A stretch of 64,000 nt of DNA from Paragordius varius (lineage: Eukaryota > Animalia > Nematomorpha), in contig OZ176050.1 of NCBI GenBank assembly GCA_964247055.1, positions 434,001 to 498,000 of the forward strand, in the 5' to 3' direction. The notes beneath the pieces were generated by a model. That model made no database searches, was not told where the DNA came from, and was given only the letters and a program-made list of their open reading frames with translations. Below, piece after piece: positions 38,301-53,027 of the stretch. A program made the position numbers and the translations under genes. The number at the start of each line of letters is the position of its first letter. The stretch's first letter is position 1.

Positions 38301-41300
38301 ATGAATTTTCTAAATATTTAAAAAATTTATTTTATACGATATTAAAAATAAAATGGCTACCTAAAATCCAAATTTGATCAGGTGATGTCACCATAATTTT
38401 TTTTGGGTAGCCCTATGGTAGTTCCATCATCACCCCAAATATTTTCGAGATCGGAGTATAAATGTAATTTTTATGAATTTTTTAAATATTTAAAAAATTT
38501 ATTTTATACGATTTTAAAAATAAAAATGGCTACCTAAAATCCAAATTTGATCAGGTGATGTTGCCATAATTTTTTTTGGGTAGCCCTATGGTAGTTCCAT
38601 CATCACCCCAAATATTGTCGAGATCGGATTATAAATGTAATTTTTATTTAAAAAATTTATTTTATACGATTTTAAAAATAAAAATGGCTACCTAAAATCC
38701 AAATTTGATCAGGTGATGTCACCATAATTTTTTTTGGGTAGCCTTATGGTACATCATCACCCCAAATATTTTCGAGATCGGAGTATAAATGTAATTTTTA
38801 TGAATTTTTTAAATATTTAAAAAATTTATTTTATACGATTTTAAAAATAAAAATGGCTACCTAAAATCCAAATTTGATCAGGTGATGTCACCATAATTTT
38901 TTTTGGGTAGCCCTATGGTAGTTCCATCATCACCCCAAATATTTTGGGGATCGGACTATAAATGTAATTTTTATGAATTTTTTAAATATGTAAAAAATTT
39001 ATTTTATACGATTTGAAAAATAAAAATGGCTACCTAAAATCCAAATTTGATCAGGTGATGTCGCCATGATTTTTTTTACGTAGCCCTATGGTAGTTCCAT
39101 CATCACCCCAAATATTTTGGGGATCGGACTATAAATGTAATTTTTATGAATTTTTTAAATATTTAAAAAATTTATTTTATACGATTTTAAAAATAAAAAT
39201 GGCTACCTAAAATCTAAATTTGATCAGGTGATGTCACCATAATTTTTTTTTGGTAGCCCTATGGTAGTTCCATCATCACCCCAAATATTTTCGAGATCGG
39301 AGTATAAATGTAATTTTTATGAATTTTTTAAATATTTAAAAAATTTATTTTATACGATTTTAAAAATAAAAATGGCTACCTAAAATCCAAATTTGATCAG
39401 GTGATGTCACCATAATTTTTTTTGGGTAGCCCTATGGTAGTTCCATCATCACCCCAAATATTTTGGGGATCGGACTATAAATGTAATTTTTATGAATTTT
39501 TTAAATATTTAAAAAATTTATTTTATACGATTTTAAAAATAAAAATGGCTACCTAAAATCCAAATTTGATCAGGTGATGTCGCCATAATTTTTTTTGGGT
39601 AGCCCTATGGTAGTTCCATCATCACCCCGAATACTTTGGGGATCGGACTATAAATTTAATTTTTATGAATTTTTTAAATATTTAAAAAATTTATTTTATA
39701 CGATTTTAAAAATAAAAATGGCTACCTAAAATCCAAATTTGATCAGGTGATGTCGCCATAATTTTTTTTGGGTAGCCCTATAGTAGTTCCATCATCACCC
39801 CAAATATTTTGGGGATCGGACTATAAATGTAATTTTTATGAATTTTTTAAATATTTGAAAAATTTATTTTATACGATTTTAAAAATAAAAATGGCTACCT
39901 AAAATCCAAATTTGATCAGGTGATGTCACCATAATTTTTTTTGCGTAGCCCTATGGTTGTTCCATCATCACCCCAAATATTTTGGGGATCGGAGTATAAA
40001 TGTAATTTTTATGAATTTTTTAAATATTTAAAAAATTTATTTTATACGATATTAAAAATAAAAATGGCTACCTAAAATCCAAATTTGATCAGGTGATGTC
40101 GCCATAATTTTTTTTGCGTAGCCCTATGGTTGTTCCATCATCACCCCAAATATTTTCGAGATCGGAGTATAAATGTAATTTTTATGAATTTTCTAAATAT
40201 TTAAAAAATTTATTTTATACGATATTAAAAATAAAAATGGCTACCTAAAATCCAAATTTGATCAGGTGATGTCACCATAATTTTTTTTGGGTAGCCCTAT
40301 GGTAGTTCCATCATCACCCCAAATATTTTCGAGATCGGACTATAAATGTAATTTTTATGAATTTTTTAAATATTTAAAAAATTTATTTTACACGATTTTA
40401 AAAATAAAAATGGCTACCTAAAATCCAAATTTGATCAGGTGATGTCGCCATAATTTTTTTTGGGTAGCCCTATGGTAGTTCCATCATCACCCCGAATACT
40501 TTGGGGATCGGACTATAAATGTAATTTTTATGAATTTTTAAAATATTTAAAAAATTTATTTTACACGATTTTAAAAATAAAAATGGCTACCTAAAATCCA
40601 AATTTGATCAGGTGATGTCGCCATAATTTTTTTTGGGTAGCCCTATGGTAGTTCCATCATCACCCCGAATACTTTGGGGATCGGACTATAAATGTAATTT
40701 TTATGAATTTTTAAAATATTTAAAAAATTTATTTTATACGATTTTAAAAATAAAAATGGCTACCTAAAATCCAAATTTGATCAGGTGATGTCGCCATAAT
40801 TTTTTTTGGGTAGCCCTATAGTAGTTCCATCATCACCAATAATATTTTGGGGATCGGACTATAAATGTAATTTTTATGAATTTTTTAAATATTTGAAAAA
40901 TTTATTTTATACGATTTTAAAAATAAAAATGGCTACCTAAAATCCAAATTTGATCAGGTGATGTCACCATAATTTTTTTTGCGTAGCCCTATGGTTGTTC
41001 CATCATCACCCCAAATATTTTGGGGATCGGAGTATAAATGTAATTTTTATGAATTTTTTAAATATTTAAAAAATTTATTTTATACGATTTTAAAAATAAA
41101 AATGGCTACCTAAAATCCAAATTCGATCAGGTGATGTCGCCATAATTTTTTTTGAGTAGCCCTATGGTAGTTCCATCATCACCCCGAATACTTTGGGGAT
41201 CGGACTATAAATTTAATTTTTATGAATTTTTTAAATATTTAAAAAATTTATTTTATACGATTTTAAAAATAAAAATGGCTACCTAAAATCCAAATTTGAT

Positions 41301-44300
41301 CAGGTGATGTCGCCATAATTTTTTTTGGGTAGCCCTATAGTAGTTCCATCATCACCCCAAATATTTTGGGGATCGGACTATAAATGTAATTTTTATGAAT
41401 TTTTTAAATATTTGAAAAATTTATTTTATACGATTTTAAAAATAAAAATGGCTACCTAAAATCCAAATTTGATCAGGTGATGTCACCATAATTTTTTTTG
41501 CGTAGCCCTATGGTTGTTCCATCATCACCCCAAATATTTTGGGGATCGGAGTATAAATGTAATTTTTATGAATTTTTTAAATATTTAAAAAATTTATTTT
41601 ATACGATATTAAAAATAAAAATGGCTACCTAAAATCCAAATTTGATCAGGTGATGTCGCCATAATTTTTTTTGCGTAGCCCTATGGTTGTTCCATCATCA
41701 CCCCAAATATTTTCGAGATCGGAGTATAAATGTAATTTTTATGAATTTTCTAAATATTTAAAAAATTTATTTTATACGATATTAAAAATAAAAATGGCTA
41801 CCTAAAATCCAAATTTGATCAGGTGATGTCACCATAATTTTTTTTGGGTAGCCCTATGGTAGTTCCATCATCACCCCAAATATTTTCGAGATCGGACTAT
41901 AAATGTAATTTTTATGAATTTTTTAAATATTTAAAAAATTTATTTTACACGATTTTAAAAATAAAAATGGCTACCTAAAATCCAAATTTGATCAGGTGAT
42001 GTCGCCATAATTTTTTTTGGGTAGCCCTATGGTAGTTCCATCATCACCCCGAATACTTTGGGGATCGGACTATAAATGTAATTTTTATGAATTTTTAAAA
42101 TATTTAAAAAATTTATTTTACACGATTTTAAAAATAAAAATGGCTACCTAAAATCCAAATTTGATCAGGTGATGTCGCCATAATTTTTTTTGGGTAGCCC
42201 TATGGTAGTTCCATCATCACCCCGAATACTTTGGGGATCGGACTATAAATGTAATTTTTATGAATTTTTAAAATATTTAAAAAATTTATTTTATACGATT
42301 TTAAAAATAAAAATGGCTACCTAAAATCCAAATTTGATCAGGTGATGTCGCCATAATTTTTTTTGGGTAGCCCTATAGTAGTTCCATCATCACCAATAAT
42401 ATTTTGGGGATCGGACTATAAATGTAATTTTTATGAATTTTTTAAATATTTGAAAAATTTATTTTATACGATTTTAAAAATAAAAATGGCTACCTAAAAT
42501 CCAAATTTGATCAGGTGATGTCACCATAATTTTTTTTGCGTAGCCCTATGGTTGTTCCATCATCACCCCAAATATTTTGGGGATCGGAGTATAAATGTAA
42601 TTTTTATGAATTTTTTAAATATTTAAAAAATTTATTTTATACGATTTTAAAAATAAAAATGGCTACCTAAAATCCAAATTCGATCAGGTGATGTCGCCAT
42701 AATTTTTTTTGAGTAGCCCTATGGTAGTTCCATCATCACCCCGAATACTTTGGGGATCGGACTATAAATGTAATTTTTATGAATTTTTTAAATATTTAAA
42801 AAATTTATTTTATACGATTTTAAAAATAAAAATGGCTCCCTAAAATCCAAATTTGATCAGGTGATGTCGCCATAAATTTTTTTGGGTAGCCCTATGGTAG
42901 TTCCATCATCACCCCAAATATTTTCGAGATCGGAGTATTAATGTAATTTTTATGAATTTATTAAATATTTAAAAAATTTATTTTATACGATTTTAAAAAT
43001 AAAAATGGCTACCTAAAATCCAAATTTGATCAGGTGATGTCACCATAATTTTTTTTGGGTAGCCCTATGGTAGTTCCATCATCACCCCAAATATTTTCGA
43101 GATCGGAGTATAAATGTAATTTTTATGAATTTTTTAAATATTTAAAAAATTTATTTTATACGATTTTAAAAATAAAAATGGCTACCTAAAATCCAAATTT
43201 GATCAGGTGATGTCGCCATAATTTTTTTTGAGTAGCTCTATGGTAGTTCCATCATCACCCCGAATACTTTGGGGATCGGACTATAAATGTAATTTTTATG
43301 AATTTTTTAAATATTTAAAAAATTTATTTTATACGATTTTAAAAATAAAAATGGCTACCTAAAATCCAAATTTGATCAGGTGATGTCGCCATAATTTTTT
43401 TGGGTAGCTCTATAGTAGTTCCATCATCACCCCAAATATTTTTGAGATCGAAGTATAAATGTAATTTTTATGAATTTTTTAAATATTTAAAAAATTTATT
43501 TTATACGATTTTAAAAATAAAAATGCCTACCTAAAATCCAAATTTGATCAGGTGATGTCGCCATAATTTTTTTTGGGTAGCCCTATCGTAGTTCCATCAT
43601 CACCCCGAATACTTTGGGGATCGGACTATAAATGTAATTTTTATGAATTTTTTAAATATTTAAAAAATTTATTTTATACGATTTTAAAAATAAAAATGGC
43701 TACCTAAAATCCAAATTCGATCAGGTGATGTCGCCATAATTTTTTTTGAGTAGCCCTATGGTAGTTCCATCATCACCCCGAATACTTTGGGGATCGGACT
43801 ATAAATGTAATTTTTATGAATTTTTTAAATATTTAAAAAATTTATTTTATACGATTTTAAAAATAAAAATGGCTACCTAAAATCCAAATTTGATCAGGTG
43901 ATGTCGCCATAATTTTTTTTGGGTAGCCCTATAGTAGTTCCATCATCACCCCAAATATTTTCGAGATCGGAGTATAAATGTAATTTTTATGAATTTTTTA
44001 AATATTTAAAAAATTTATTTTATACGATTTTAAAAATAAAAATGGCTCCCTAAAATCCAAATTTGATCAGGTGATGTCGCCATAAATTTTTTTTGGGTAG
44101 CCCTATGGTAGTTCCATCATCACCCCAAATATTTTCGAGATCGGAGTATTAATGTAATTTTTATGAATTTATTAAATATTTAAAAAATTTATTTTATACG
44201 ATTTTAAAAATAAAAATGGCTACCTAAAATCCAAATTTGATCAGGTGATGTCACCATAATTTTTTTTGGGTAGCCCTATGGTAGTTCCATCATCACCCCT

Positions 44301-44733
44301 AATATTTTCGAGATCGGAGTATAAATGTAATTTTTATGAATTTTTTAAATATTTAAAAAATTTATTTTATACGATTTTAAAAATAAAAATGGCTACCTAA
44401 AATCCAAATTTGATCAGGTGATGTCGCCATAATTTTTTTGGGTAGCTCTATAGTAGTTCCATCATCACCCCAAATATTTTTGAGATCGAAGTATAAATGT
44501 AATTTTTATGAATTTTTTAAATATTTAAAAAATTTATTTTATACGATTTTAAAAATAAAAATGCCTACCTAAAATCCAAATTTGATCAGGTGATGTCGCC
44601 ATAATTTTTTTTGGGTAGCCCTATCGTAGTTCCATCATCACCCCGAATACTTTGGGGATCGGACTATAAATGTAATTTTTATGAATTTTTTAAATATTTA
44701 AAAAATTTATTTTATACGATTTTAAAAATAAAA
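32358..44733. repeat. ~31-monomer tandem duplication (32358-37680, 5323 bp; 37681-44733, expanded to 7053 bp)
   Basis: Deletion doublets at 32358/33203 recur at 37681/38526 (offset 5323). Later markers (AATCTAAAT, AAATTTAAT, ACACG, ACCAATAAT, GGCTCCC, CCCTAATATTTTCG) are collinear. Copy 2 carries an extra 173 bp and an extra 1557 bp. Confidence 0.82.
39718..42831. repeat. 9-mer tandem duplication (1557 bp) nested inside the second 5.3-kb copy
   Basis: Monomers 39718...41102 repeat at 41275...42659 and look identical by eye, apart from the chimeric junction monomer at 41102. Confidence 0.85.
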
Positions 44734-47700
44734 ATGGCTACCTAAAATCCAAATTCGATCAGGTGATGTCGCCATAATTTTTTTTGAGTAGCCCTATGGT
44801 AGTTCCATCATCACCCCGAATACTTTGGGGATCGGACTATAAATGTAATTTTTATGAATTTTTTAAATATTTAAAAAATTTATTTTATACGATTTTAAAA
44901 ATAAAAATGGCTACCTAAAATCCAAATTTGATCAGGTGATGTCGCCATAATTTTTTTTGGGTAGCCCTATAGTAGTTCCATCATCACCCCAAATATTTTC
45001 GAGATCGGAGTATAAATGTAATTTTTATGAATTTTTTAAATATTTAAAAAATTTATTTTATACGATTTTAAAAATAAAAATGGCTCCCTAAAATCCAAAT
45101 TTGATCAGGTGATGTCGCCATAAATTTTTTTTGGGTAGCCCTATGGTAGTTCCATCATCACCCCAAATATTTTCGAGATCGGAGTATTAATGTAATTTTT
45201 ATGAATTTATTAAATATTTAAAAAATTTATTTTATACGATTTTAAAAATAAAAATGGCTACCTAAAATCCAAATTTGATCAGGTGATGTCACCATAATTT
45301 TTTTTGGGTAGCCCTATGGTAGTTCCATCATCACCCCAAATATTTTCGAGATCGGAGTATAAATGTAATTTTTATGAATTTTTTAAATATTTAAAAAATT
45401 TATTTTATACGATTTTAAAAATAAAAATGGCTACCTAAAATCCAAATTCGATCAGGTGATGTCGCCATAATTTTTTTTGAGTAGCCGTATGGTAGTTCCA
45501 TCATCACCCCGAATACTTTGGAGATCGGACTATAAATGTAATTTTTATGAATTTTTTAAATATTTAAAAAATTTATTTTATACGATTTTAAAAATAAAAA
45601 TGGCTACCTAAAATCCAAATTTGATCAGGTGATGTCGCCATAATTTTTTTTGGGTAGCTCTATAGTAGTTCCATCATCACCCCAAATATTTTTGAGATCG
45701 AAGTATAAATGTAATTTTTATGAATTTTTTAAATATTTAAAAAATTTATTTTATACGATTTTAAAAATAAAAATGCCTACCTAAAATCCAAATTTGATCA
45801 GGTGATGTCGCCATAATTTTTTTTGGGTAGCCCTATCGTAGTTCCATCATCACCCCGAATACTTTGGGGATCGGACTATAAATGTAATTTTTATGAATTT
45901 TTTAAATATTTAAAAAATTTATTTTATACGATTTTAAAAATAAAAATGGCTACCTAAAATCCAAATTCGATCAGGTGATGTCGCCATAATTTTTTTTGAG
46001 TAGCCCTATGGTAGTTCCATCATCACCCCGAATACTTTGGGGATCGGACTATAAATGTAATTTTTATGAATTTTTTAAATATTTAAAAAATTTATTTTAT
46101 ACGATTTTAAAAATAAAAATGGCTACCTAAAATCCAAATTTGATCAGGTGATGTCGCCATAATTTTTTTTGGGTAGCCCTATAGTAGTTCCATCATCACC
46201 CCAAATATTTTCGAGATCGGAGTATAAATGTAATTTTTATGAATTTTTTAAATATTTAAAAAATTTATTTTATACGATTTTAAAAATAAAAATGGCTCCC
46301 TAAAATCCAAATTTGATCAGGTGATGTCGCCATAAATTTTTTTTGGGTAGCCCTATGGTAGTTCCATCATCACCCCAAATATTTTCGAGATCGGAGTATT
46401 AATGTAATTTTTATGAATTTATTAAATATTTAAAAAATTTATTTTATACGATTTTAAAAATAAAAATGGCTACCTAAAATCCAAATTTGATCAGGTGATG
46501 TCACCATAATTTTTTTTGGGTAGCCCTATGGTAGTTCCATCATCACCCCTAATATTTTCGAGATCGGAGTATAAATGTAATTTTTATGAATTTTTTAAAT
46601 ATTTAAAAAATTTATTTTATACGATTTTAAAAATAAAAATGGCTACCTAAAATCCAAATTTGATCAGGTGATGTCGCCATAATTTTTTTGGGTAGCTCTA
46701 TAGTAGTTCCATCATCACCCCAAATATTTTTGAGATCGAAGTATAAATGTAATTTTTATGAATTTTTTAAATATTTAAAAAATTTATTTTATACGATTTT
46801 AAAAATAAAAATGCCTACCTAAAATCCAAATTTGATCAGGTGATGTCGCCATAATTTTTTTTGGGTAGCCCTATCGTAGTTCCATCATCACCCCGAATAC
46901 TTTGGGGATCGGACTATAAATGTAATTTTTATGAATTTTTTAAATATTTAAAAAATTTATTTTATACGATTTTAAAAATAAAAATGGCTACCTAAAATCC
47001 AAATTCGATCAGGTGATGTCGCCATAATTTTTTTTGAGTAGCCCTATGGTAGTTCCATCATCACCCCGAATACTTTGGGGATCGGACTATAAATGTAATT
47101 TTTATGAATTTTTTAAATATTTAAAAAATTTATTTTATACGATTTTAAAAATAAAAATGGCTACCTAAAATCCAAATTTGATCAGGTGATGTCGCCATAA
47201 TTTTTTTTGGGTAGCCCTATAGTAGTTCCATCATCACCCCAAATATTTTCGAGATCGGAGTATAAATGTAATTTTTATGAATTTTTTAAATATTTAAAAA
47301 ATTTATTTTATACGATTTTAAAAATAAAAATGGCTCCCTAAAATCCAAATTTGATCAGGTGATGTCGCCATAAATTTTTTTTGGGTAGCCCTATGGTAGT
47401 TCCATCATCACCCCAAATATTTTCGAGATCGGAGTATTAATGTAATTTTTATGAATTTATTAAATATTTAAAAAATTTATTTTATACGATTTTAAAAATA
47501 AAAATGGCTACCTAAAATCCAAATTTGATCAGGTGATGTCACCATAATTTTTTTTGGGTAGCCCTATGGTAGTTCCATCATCACCCCAAATATTTTCGAG
47601 ATCGGAGTATAAATGTAATTTTTATGAATTTTTTAAATATTTAAAAAATTTATTTTATACGATTTTAAAAATAAAAATGGCTACCTAAAATCCAAATTTG

Positions 47701-49403
47701 ATCAGGTGATGTCGCCATAATTTTTTTGGGTAGCTCTATACTAGTTCCATCATCACCCCAAATATTTTTGAGATCGAAGTATAAATGTAATTTTTATGAA
47801 TTTTTTAAATATTTAAAAAATTTATTTTATACGATTTTAAAAATAAAAATGCCTACCTAAAATCCAAATTTGATCAGGTGATGTCGCCATAATTTTTTTT
47901 GGGTAGCCCTATCGTAGTTCCATCATCACCCCGAATACTTTGGGGATCGGACTATAAATGTAATTTTTATGAATTTTTTAAATATTTAAAAAATTTATTT
48001 TATACGATTTTAAAAATAAAAATGGCTACTTAAATCCAAATTTGATCAGGTGATGTCGCCATAATTTTTTTTGGGTAGCCCTATGGTAGTTCCATCATCA
48101 CCCCGAATACTTTGGGGATCGGACTATAAATGTAATTTTTATGAATTTTTTAAATATTTAAAAAATTTATTTTATACGATTTTAAAAATAAAAATGGCTA
48201 CCTAAAATCCAAATTCGATCAGGTGATGTCGCCATAATTTTTTTTGAGTAGCCCTATGGTAGTTCCATCATCACCCCGAATACTTTGGGGATCGGACTAT
48301 AAATGTAATTTTTATGAATTTTTTAAATATTTAAAAAATTTATTTTATACGATTTTAAAAATAAAAATGGCTACCTAAAATCCAAATTTGATCAGGTGAT
48401 GTCGCCATAATTTTTTTTGGGTAGCCCTATAGTAGTTCCATCATCACCCCAAATATTTTCGAGATCGGAGTATAAATGTAATTTTTATGAATTTTTTAAA
48501 TATTTAAAAAATTTATTTTATACGATTTTAAAAATAAAAATGGCTCCCTAAAATCCAAATTTGATCAGGTGATGTCGCCATAAATTTTTTTTGGGTAGCC
48601 CTATGGTAGTTCCATCATCACCCCAAATATTTTCGAGATCGGAGTATTAATGTAATTTTTATGAATTTATTAAATATTTAAAAAATTTATTTTATACGAT
48701 TTTAAAAATAAAAATGGCTACCTAAAATCCAAATTTGATCAGGTGATGTCACCATAATTTTTTTTGGGTAGCCCTATGGTAGTTCCATCATCACCCCAAA
48801 TATTTTCGAGATCGGAGTATAAATGTAATTTTTATGAATTTTTTAAATATTTAAAAAATTTATTTTATACGATTTTAAAAATAAAAATGGCTACCTAAAA
48901 TCCAAATTTGATCAGGTGATGTCGCCATAATTTTTTTGGGTAGCTCTATACTAGTTCCATCATCACCCCAAATATTTTTGAGATCGAAGTATAAATGTAA
49001 TTTTTATGAATTTTTTAAATATTTAAAAAATTTATTTTATACGATTTTAAAAATAAAAATGCCTACCTAAAATCCAAATTTGATCAGGTGATGTCGCCAT
49101 AATTTTTTTTGGGTAGCCCTATCGTAGTTCCATCATCACCCCGAATACTTTGGGGATCGGACTATAAATGTAATTTTTATGAATTTTTTAAATATTTAAA
49201 AAATTTATTTTATACGATTTTAAAAATAAAAATGGCTACTTAAATCCAAATTTGATCAGGTGATGTCGCCATAATTTTTTTTGGGTAGCCCTATGGTAGT
49301 TCCATCATCACCCCGAATACTTTGGGGATCGGACTATAAATGTAATTTTTATGAATTTTTTAAATATTTAAAAAATTTATTTTATACGATTTTAAAAATA
49401 AAA
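43696..49403. repeat. Local 6/7-mer higher-order repeat, 5 copies
   Basis: Units start at the AAATTCGATC monomer at 43696, 44734, 45946, 46984 and 48194 (periods 1038, 1212, 1038, 1210, 1210). The last two share the private CTCTATACTAG variant and an added CTACTTAAAT monomer. Confidence 0.87.
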
Positions 49404-49917
49404 ATGGCTACCTAAAATCCAAATTTGATCAGGTGATGTCGCCATAATCTTTTTGGGTAGCTCTATAGTAGTTCCATCATCACCCCAAATATTTTTGAGA
49501 TCGAAGTATAAATGTAATTTTTATGAATTTTTTAAATATTTAAAAAATTTATTTTATACGATTTTAAAAATAAAAATGGCTACCTAAAATCCAAATTTGA
49601 TCAGGTGATGCCATAATTTTTTTGGGTAGCTCTATAGTAGTTCCATCATCACCCCAAATATTTTTGAGATCGAAGTATAAATGTAATTTTTATGAATTTT
49701 TTAAATATTTAAAAAATTTATTTTATACGATTTTAAAAATAAAAATGCCTACCTAAAATCCAAATTTGATCAGGTGATGTCGCCATAATTTTTTTTGGGT
49801 AGCCCTATCGTAGTTCCATCATCACCCCGAATACTTTGGGGATCGGACTATAAATGTAATTTTTATGAATTTTTTAAATATTTAAAAAATTTATTTTATA
49901 CGATTTTAAAAATAAAA

Positions 49918-52900
49918 ATGGCTACCTAAAATCCAAATTTGATCAGGTGATGTCGCCATAATTTTTTTTGAGTAGCTCTATGGTAGTTCCATCATCACCC
50001 CGAATACTTTGGGGATCGGACTATAAATGTAATTTTTATGAATTTTTTAAATATTTAAAAAATTTATTTTATACGATTTTAAAAATAAAAATGGCTACCT
50101 AAAATCCAAATTTGATCAGGTGATGTCGCCATAATTTTTTTGGGTAGCTCTATAGTAGTTCCATCATCACCCCAAATATTTTTGAGATCGAAGTATAAAT
50201 GTAATTTTTATGAATTTTTTAAATATTTAAAAAATTTATTTTATACGATTTTAAAAATAAAAATGCCTACCTAAAATCCAAATTTGATCAGGTGATGTCG
50301 CCATAATTTTTTTTGGGTAGCCCTATCGTAGTTCCATCATCACCCCGAATACTTTGGGGATCGGACTATAAATGTAATTTTTATGAATTTTTTAAATATT
50401 TAAAAAATTTATTTTATACGATTTTAAAAATAAAAATGGCTACCTAAAATCCAAATTTGATCAGGTGATGTCGCCATAATTTTTTTTGGGTAGCCCTATG
50501 GTAGTTCCATCATCACCCCTAATATTTTGGGGATCGGACTATAAATGTAATTTTTATGAATTTTTTAAATATTTAAAAAATTTATTTTATACGATTTTAA
50601 AAATAAAAATGGCTACCTAAAATCCAAAAATGATCAGGTGATGTCGCCATAATTTTTTTTGGGTAGCCCTATGGTAGTTCCATCATAACCCCAAATATTT
50701 TTGAGATCGGACTTTAAATGTAATTTTTATGAATTTTTTAAATATTTAAAAAATTTATTTTATACGATTTTAAAAATAAAAATGGCTACCTAAAATCCAA
50801 ATTTGATCAGGTGATGTCGCCATAATTTTTTTGGGTAGCCCTATGGTAGTTCCATCATAACCCCAAATATTTTTGAGATCGGACTTTAAATGTAATTTTT
50901 ATGAATTTTTTAAATATTTAAAAAATTTATTTTATACGATTTTAAAAATAAAAATGGCTACCTAAAATCCAAATTTGATCAGGTGATGTCGCCATAATTT
51001 TTTTTGGGTAGCCCTATGGTAGTTCCATCATCACCCCTAATATTTTGGGGATCGGACTATAAATGTAATTTTTATGAATTTTTTAAATATTTAAAAAATT
51101 TATTTTATACGATTTTAAAAATAAAAATGGCTACCTAAAATCCAAATTTGATCAGGTGATGTCGCCATAATTTTTTTTGGGTAGTCCTATGGTAGTTCCA
51201 TCATAACCCCAAATATTTTGGGGATCGGACTATAAATGTAATTTTTATGAATTTTTTAAATATTTAAAAAATTTATTTTATACGATTTTAAAAATAAAAA
51301 TGGCTACCTAAAATCCAAAGTTGATCAGGTGATGTCCCCATAATTTTTTTTGGGTAGCCCTATGGTAGTTCCATCATCACCCCAAATATTGTCGAGATCG
51401 GAGTATAAATGTAATTTTTATGAATTTTTTAAATATTTAAAAAATTTATTTTATACGATTTTAAAAATAAAAATGGCTACCTAAAATCCAAATTTGATCA
51501 GGTGATGTCGCCATAATTTTTTTTGAGTAGCTCTATGGTAGTTCCATCATCACCCCGAATACTTTGGGGATCGGACTATAAATGTAATTTTTATGAATTT
51601 TTTAAATATTTAAAAAATTTATTTTATACGATTTTAAAAATAAAAATGGCTACCTAAAATCCAAATTTGATCAGGTGATGTCGCCATAATTTTTTTGGGT
51701 AGCTCTATAGTAGTTCCATCATCACCCCAAATATTTTTGAGATCGAAGTATAAATGTAATTTTTATGAATTTTTTAAATATTTAAAAAATTTATTTTATA
51801 CGATTTTAAAAATAAAAATGCCTACCTAAAATCCAAATTTGATCAGGTGATGTCGCCATAATTTTTTTTGGGTAGCCCTATCGTAGTTCCATCATCACCC
51901 CGAATACTTTGGGGATCGGACTATAAATGTAATTTTTATGAATTTTTTAAATATTTAAAAAATTTATTTTATACGATTTTAAAAATAAAAATGGCTACCT
52001 AAAATCCAAATTTGATCAGGTGATGTCGCCATAATTTTTTTTGGGTAGCCCTATGGTAGTTCCATCATCACCCCTAATATTTTGGGGATCGGACTATAAA
52101 TGTAATTTTTATGAATTTTTTAAATATTTAAAAAATTTATTTTATACGATTTTAAAAATAAAAATGGCTACCTAAAATCCAAAAATGATCAGGTGATGTC
52201 GCCATAATTTTTTTTGGGTAGCCCTATGGTAGTTCCATCATAACCCCAAATATTTTTGAGATCGGACTTTAAATGTAATTTTTATGAATTTTTTAAATAT
52301 TTAAAAAATTTATTTTATACGATTTTAAAAATAAAAATGGCTACCTAAAATCCAAATTTGATCAGGTGATGTCGCCATAATTTTTTTGGGTAGCCCTATG
52401 GTAGTTCCATCATAACCCCAAATATTTTTGAGATCGGACTTTAAATGTAATTTTTATGAATTTTTTAAATATTTAAAAAATTTATTTTATACGATTTTAA
52501 AAATAAAAATGGCTACCTAAAATCCAAATTTGATCAGGTGATGTCGCCATAATTTTTTTTGGGTAGCCCTATGGTAGTTCCATCATCACCCCTAATATTT
52601 TGGGGATCGGACTATAAATGTAATTTTTATGAATTTTTTAAATATTTAAAAAATTTATTTTATACGATTTTAAAAATAAAAATGGCTACCTAAAATCCAA
52701 ATTTGATCAGGTGATGTCGCCATAATTTTTTTTGGGTAGTCCTATGGTAGTTCCATCATAACCCCAAATATTTTGGGGATCGGACTATAAATGTAATTTT
52801 TATGAATTTTTTAAATATTTAAAAAATTTATTTTATACGATTTTAAAAATAAAAATGGCTACCTAAAATCCAAAGTTGATCAGGTGATGTCCCCATAATT

Positions 52901-53027
52901 TTTTTTGGGTAGCCCTATGGTAGTTCCATCATCACCCCAAATATTGTCGAGATCGGAGTATAAATGTAATTTTTATGAATTTTTTAAATATTTAAAAAAT
53001 TTATTTTATACGATTTTAAAAATAAAA
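49918..53027. repeat. 9-mer tandem duplication (1555 bp x2)
   Basis: 49918-51472 and 51473-53027 share monomer order and private markers (CAAAGTTGATC at monomers 51300/52855; GTAGTCC+CATAACC at 51127/52682). Confidence 0.87.
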
